A stretch of 64,000 nucleotides of DNA from Spirochaetia bacterium (GTDB lineage: Bacteria; Spirochaetota; Spirochaetia; SZUA-6; Bin103). This document shows positions 61,985 through 64,000 of this stretch, one piece after another. Each line of letters begins with the position of its first letter. Positions within the stretch are counted from its first letter, which is position 1. The stretch spans positions 1,280,001 to 1,344,000 of the forward strand of contig CBDBOV010000004.1 in the NCBI GenBank assembly GCA_965208575.1, given 5' to 3'. The translations under genes were made by a program, and so were the position numbers. The notes beneath the pieces were generated by a model. It did not search any database and was not told the DNA's origin. It saw nothing but the letters and a program-made list of their open reading frames with translations.

Positions 61985-62440
61985 TCAGTTGCCCGCGGCG
62001 CGCACGGCGCGCACCAGGGCCTCCACCTCTGCCGCGGCGGTGCCCGGAGTCACCATCTCGAGGTGGGAGCCGAACACCCAGCCGCGCACGCCCTGATGGG
62101 AGACTTCGAACCAGTGGTCTACGTTGCCGGCGACCCGCTCCTCGAATTCACCGCGCCGCACCACCTCCACCACCTCGCCGCGGCGGAAGTGCGACAACAC
62201 CTCCGCTCGCACCGACGGCTGGGCGCGCACGCGCAGGGAGTCGGCCGCGATGACGGCGCGCTGCTCGCTGGTGGAGATGACTGACGTTGCGGGCAGCACC
62301 AGGTGCCCCGCGGAGGACTCCTGCTTCTGGCAGCCGGTCAACGCCGCGGCCAGCGCCACCGCGGCCAGCACGCCCGCGGCGCCGGCCCCGCGGCGCACGC
62401 ACCCGACGCGGCGCAACCACCTCCTGTTACCCCTCGACAT
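61985..62440 (-). CDS. SH3b-domain lipoprotein
   Basis: Lipobox LTGC; LRVRAQPS, WFEV, GWVFG. Confidence 0.8.
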   Translation of the reverse strand: MSRGNRRWLRRVGCVRRGAGAAGVLAAVALAAALTGCQKQESSAGHLVLPATSVISTSEQRAVIAADSLRVRAQPSVRAEVLSHFRRGEVVEVVRRGEFEERVAGNVDHWFEVSHQGVRGWVFGSHLEMVTPGTAAAEVEALVRAVRAAGN

Positions 62441-62455
62441 CAGCTTGACCGGTGC

Positions 62456-64000
62456 CTAACGCGGGGCTGCCGGCGCACCGGCCGGCTGCGCGCCCTCCAG
62501 CTCCCTCAGCTTCTCGATCTCGTCGCGTAGCACTGCCGCGCGCTCATATTCCAGGTCCTTGGCCAGCTCCAGCATCTCTTTCTCCAGGGTCCGGATCAGC
62601 GCCCGGCGCTCCTTCGGCACCAGCACGTTGAAGCGCTGCTTGACCACTTCGACATCGAGCTTCTCCGCGGACGTCTTCTCCTCGCTCTTGCGCACCAGCA
62701 GATCCTGCACCGCCTTGCTGATCGTGGTCGGCGTGATGCCGTGCTCGGCATTGTACGCCAACTGGATAGCCCGGCGCCGCGCGGTCTCGGCGATCGCGTC
62801 GCGCATCGACTCCGACTCCCGGTCGGCATACATCACTACCCGTCCATTCACGTTGCGGGCGGCGCGCCCGATGATCTGGATCAGCGACGTGGTCGAACGC
62901 AGGAAGCCGATCTTGTCGGCGTCGAGGATGGCGATCAGCGACACCTCCGGCAGGTCGAGGCCCTCGCGCAGCAGGTTCACCCCCACCAGCACGTCGAATT
63001 GGCCGGCGCGCAGGTCGCGCAGAATCTCCACCCGCTCGAAGGTGTCCACCTCGGAGTGCAAAAAGCGGCAGCGCACGCCGATGTCGGCGAGGTAGTCGGA
63101 CAGGTCCTCGGCCATGCGCTTGGTCAAGGTGGTGACCAGGGTGCGTTCGCCGCGCCCGATGCGCTCGCGGATGCGCCGGTACAGGTCCTCGATCTGGCCG
63201 GCCGAATGGCACACCTCTATCTGTGGATCCAGCAAACCCGTCGGCCTGATGATCTGCTCCACCACCTGCGCCGAGGTGCGCAGTTCCTCCGCCGCGGGCG
63301 TGGCCGACACGTACACGACCCGCTCCATCAGCGCCTCGAACTCGCCGAACGTGAGCGGACGGTTGTCCAGCGCCGACGGCAGCCGAAAGCCGTGATCCAC
63401 CAGCGCCTGCTTGCGCGAGCGGTCGCCCTCGTACATGGCGCCGATCTGCGGCACGGTAACGTGCGACTCGTCGATGAATACCAGGAAGTCCTGCGGGAAG
63501 AAATCGAGCAGGACCGCCGGACGCTCGCCGGCGTGCCGGCCGCTCAGGTGGCGCGAGTAGTTCTCGACGCCGCTGCAGTAACCGATCTCGGCCAGCATCT
63601 CCAGGTCGTACTCGCAGCGGGTCATCAGCCGCTGCGCCTCCACCAGCTTGCCGTGCGCCAACAGCGCTTCGTGGCGCTCGGTCAGTTCGGCGCGAATCGC
63701 CTGCACCGCGCGTTCGACGCGCTCCTCCGGGGTTACGAAGTGCTTGGCCGGATACACCGCCGCGAACTCGAGCTCGGCCAGGGTGTCGCCGGTGAGCGGA
63801 TCGATGCGGCGCAGGCGTTCGATCTCGTCGCCGAAGAACTCGATCCGCAACCCCTCCCTGGCGTGCGGCGGCAGCAGCTCCAGCACCTCGCCGCGGCTGC
63901 GGAACCCGGCCCGCATCAGCACTGCGTCGTTGCGTGAATACTGCAGGGACACCAGCCGGCGCATCAGGCGGCGCGGCTCTATCTCCATGCCGAGCTGCAA
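62456..64000 (-). CDS. uvrB: Excinuclease ABC subunit B (5' end outside the window)
   Basis: GVENYSRH, DESHVT, GFRLPSALDNRPL, IRPTGLLDP, GRAARN, C-terminal UVR domain. Confidence 0.97.
   Translation of the reverse strand: MQLGMEIEPRRLMRRLVSLQYSRNDAVLMRAGFRSRGEVLELLPPHAREGLRIEFFGDEIERLRRIDPLTGDTLAELEFAAVYPAKHFVTPEERVERAVQAIRAELTERHEALLAHGKLVEAQRLMTRCEYDLEMLAEIGYCSGVENYSRHLSGRHAGERPAVLLDFFPQDFLVFIDESHVTVPQIGAMYEGDRSRKQALVDHGFRLPSALDNRPLTFGEFEALMERVVYVSATPAAEELRTSAQVVEQIIRPTGLLDPQIEVCHSAGQIEDLYRRIRERIGRGERTLVTTLTKRMAEDLSDYLADIGVRCRFLHSEVDTFERVEILRDLRAGQFDVLVGVNLLREGLDLPEVSLIAILDADKIGFLRSTTSLIQIIGRAARNVNGRVVMYADRESESMRDAIAETARRRAIQLAYNAEHGITPTTISKAVQDLLVRKSEEKTSAEKLDVEVVKQRFNVLVPKERRALIRTLEKEMLELAKDLEYERAAVLRDEIEKLRELEGAQPAGAPAAPR

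Overview
High-GC bacterial window, most likely from a member of Spirochaetota. This is inferred from the murG-cvpA-holB-like-HK-sigma54 activator gene order, a stand-alone groES and spirochaete-type hypothetical genes. From left to right: (1) an IS3 element; (2) a decaying sulfatase / family-5 ABC importer / Gfo-Idh-MocA / divergent transaldolase / iolD catabolic island next to tRNA-Val(TAC), carrying an IS1634 insertion, two frameshifts, one in-frame stop and an orphan gene bracketed by a duplicated sulfatase 5' end; (3) mscS, amtB and pstCAB-phoU; (4) a 3.8-kb rve-type IS carrying nested transposase debris; (5) uvrD-like helicase and ppdK; (6) a 7.2-kb head-to-tail array of six mosaic Uma2-like PD-(D/E)XK nuclease genes with Rpn-like C-terminal tails, each with its own leaderless-type promoter, separated by conserved arms that enclose unrelated DNA fragments (the top candidate for an undescribed system); (7) an RpoS-like sigma factor under a clear sigma54 promoter with a candidate enhancer, while a Borrelia-like hk2-rrp2 operon lies 12 kb away; (8) groES, a JAB-DinG fusion, a lysine riboswitch controlling asd-lysC-lysA-dapF-dapL, envelope genes and partial uvrB. 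No CRISPR array, integron or reverse transcriptase was seen. All family calls come from motif recognition by eye, not database searches.
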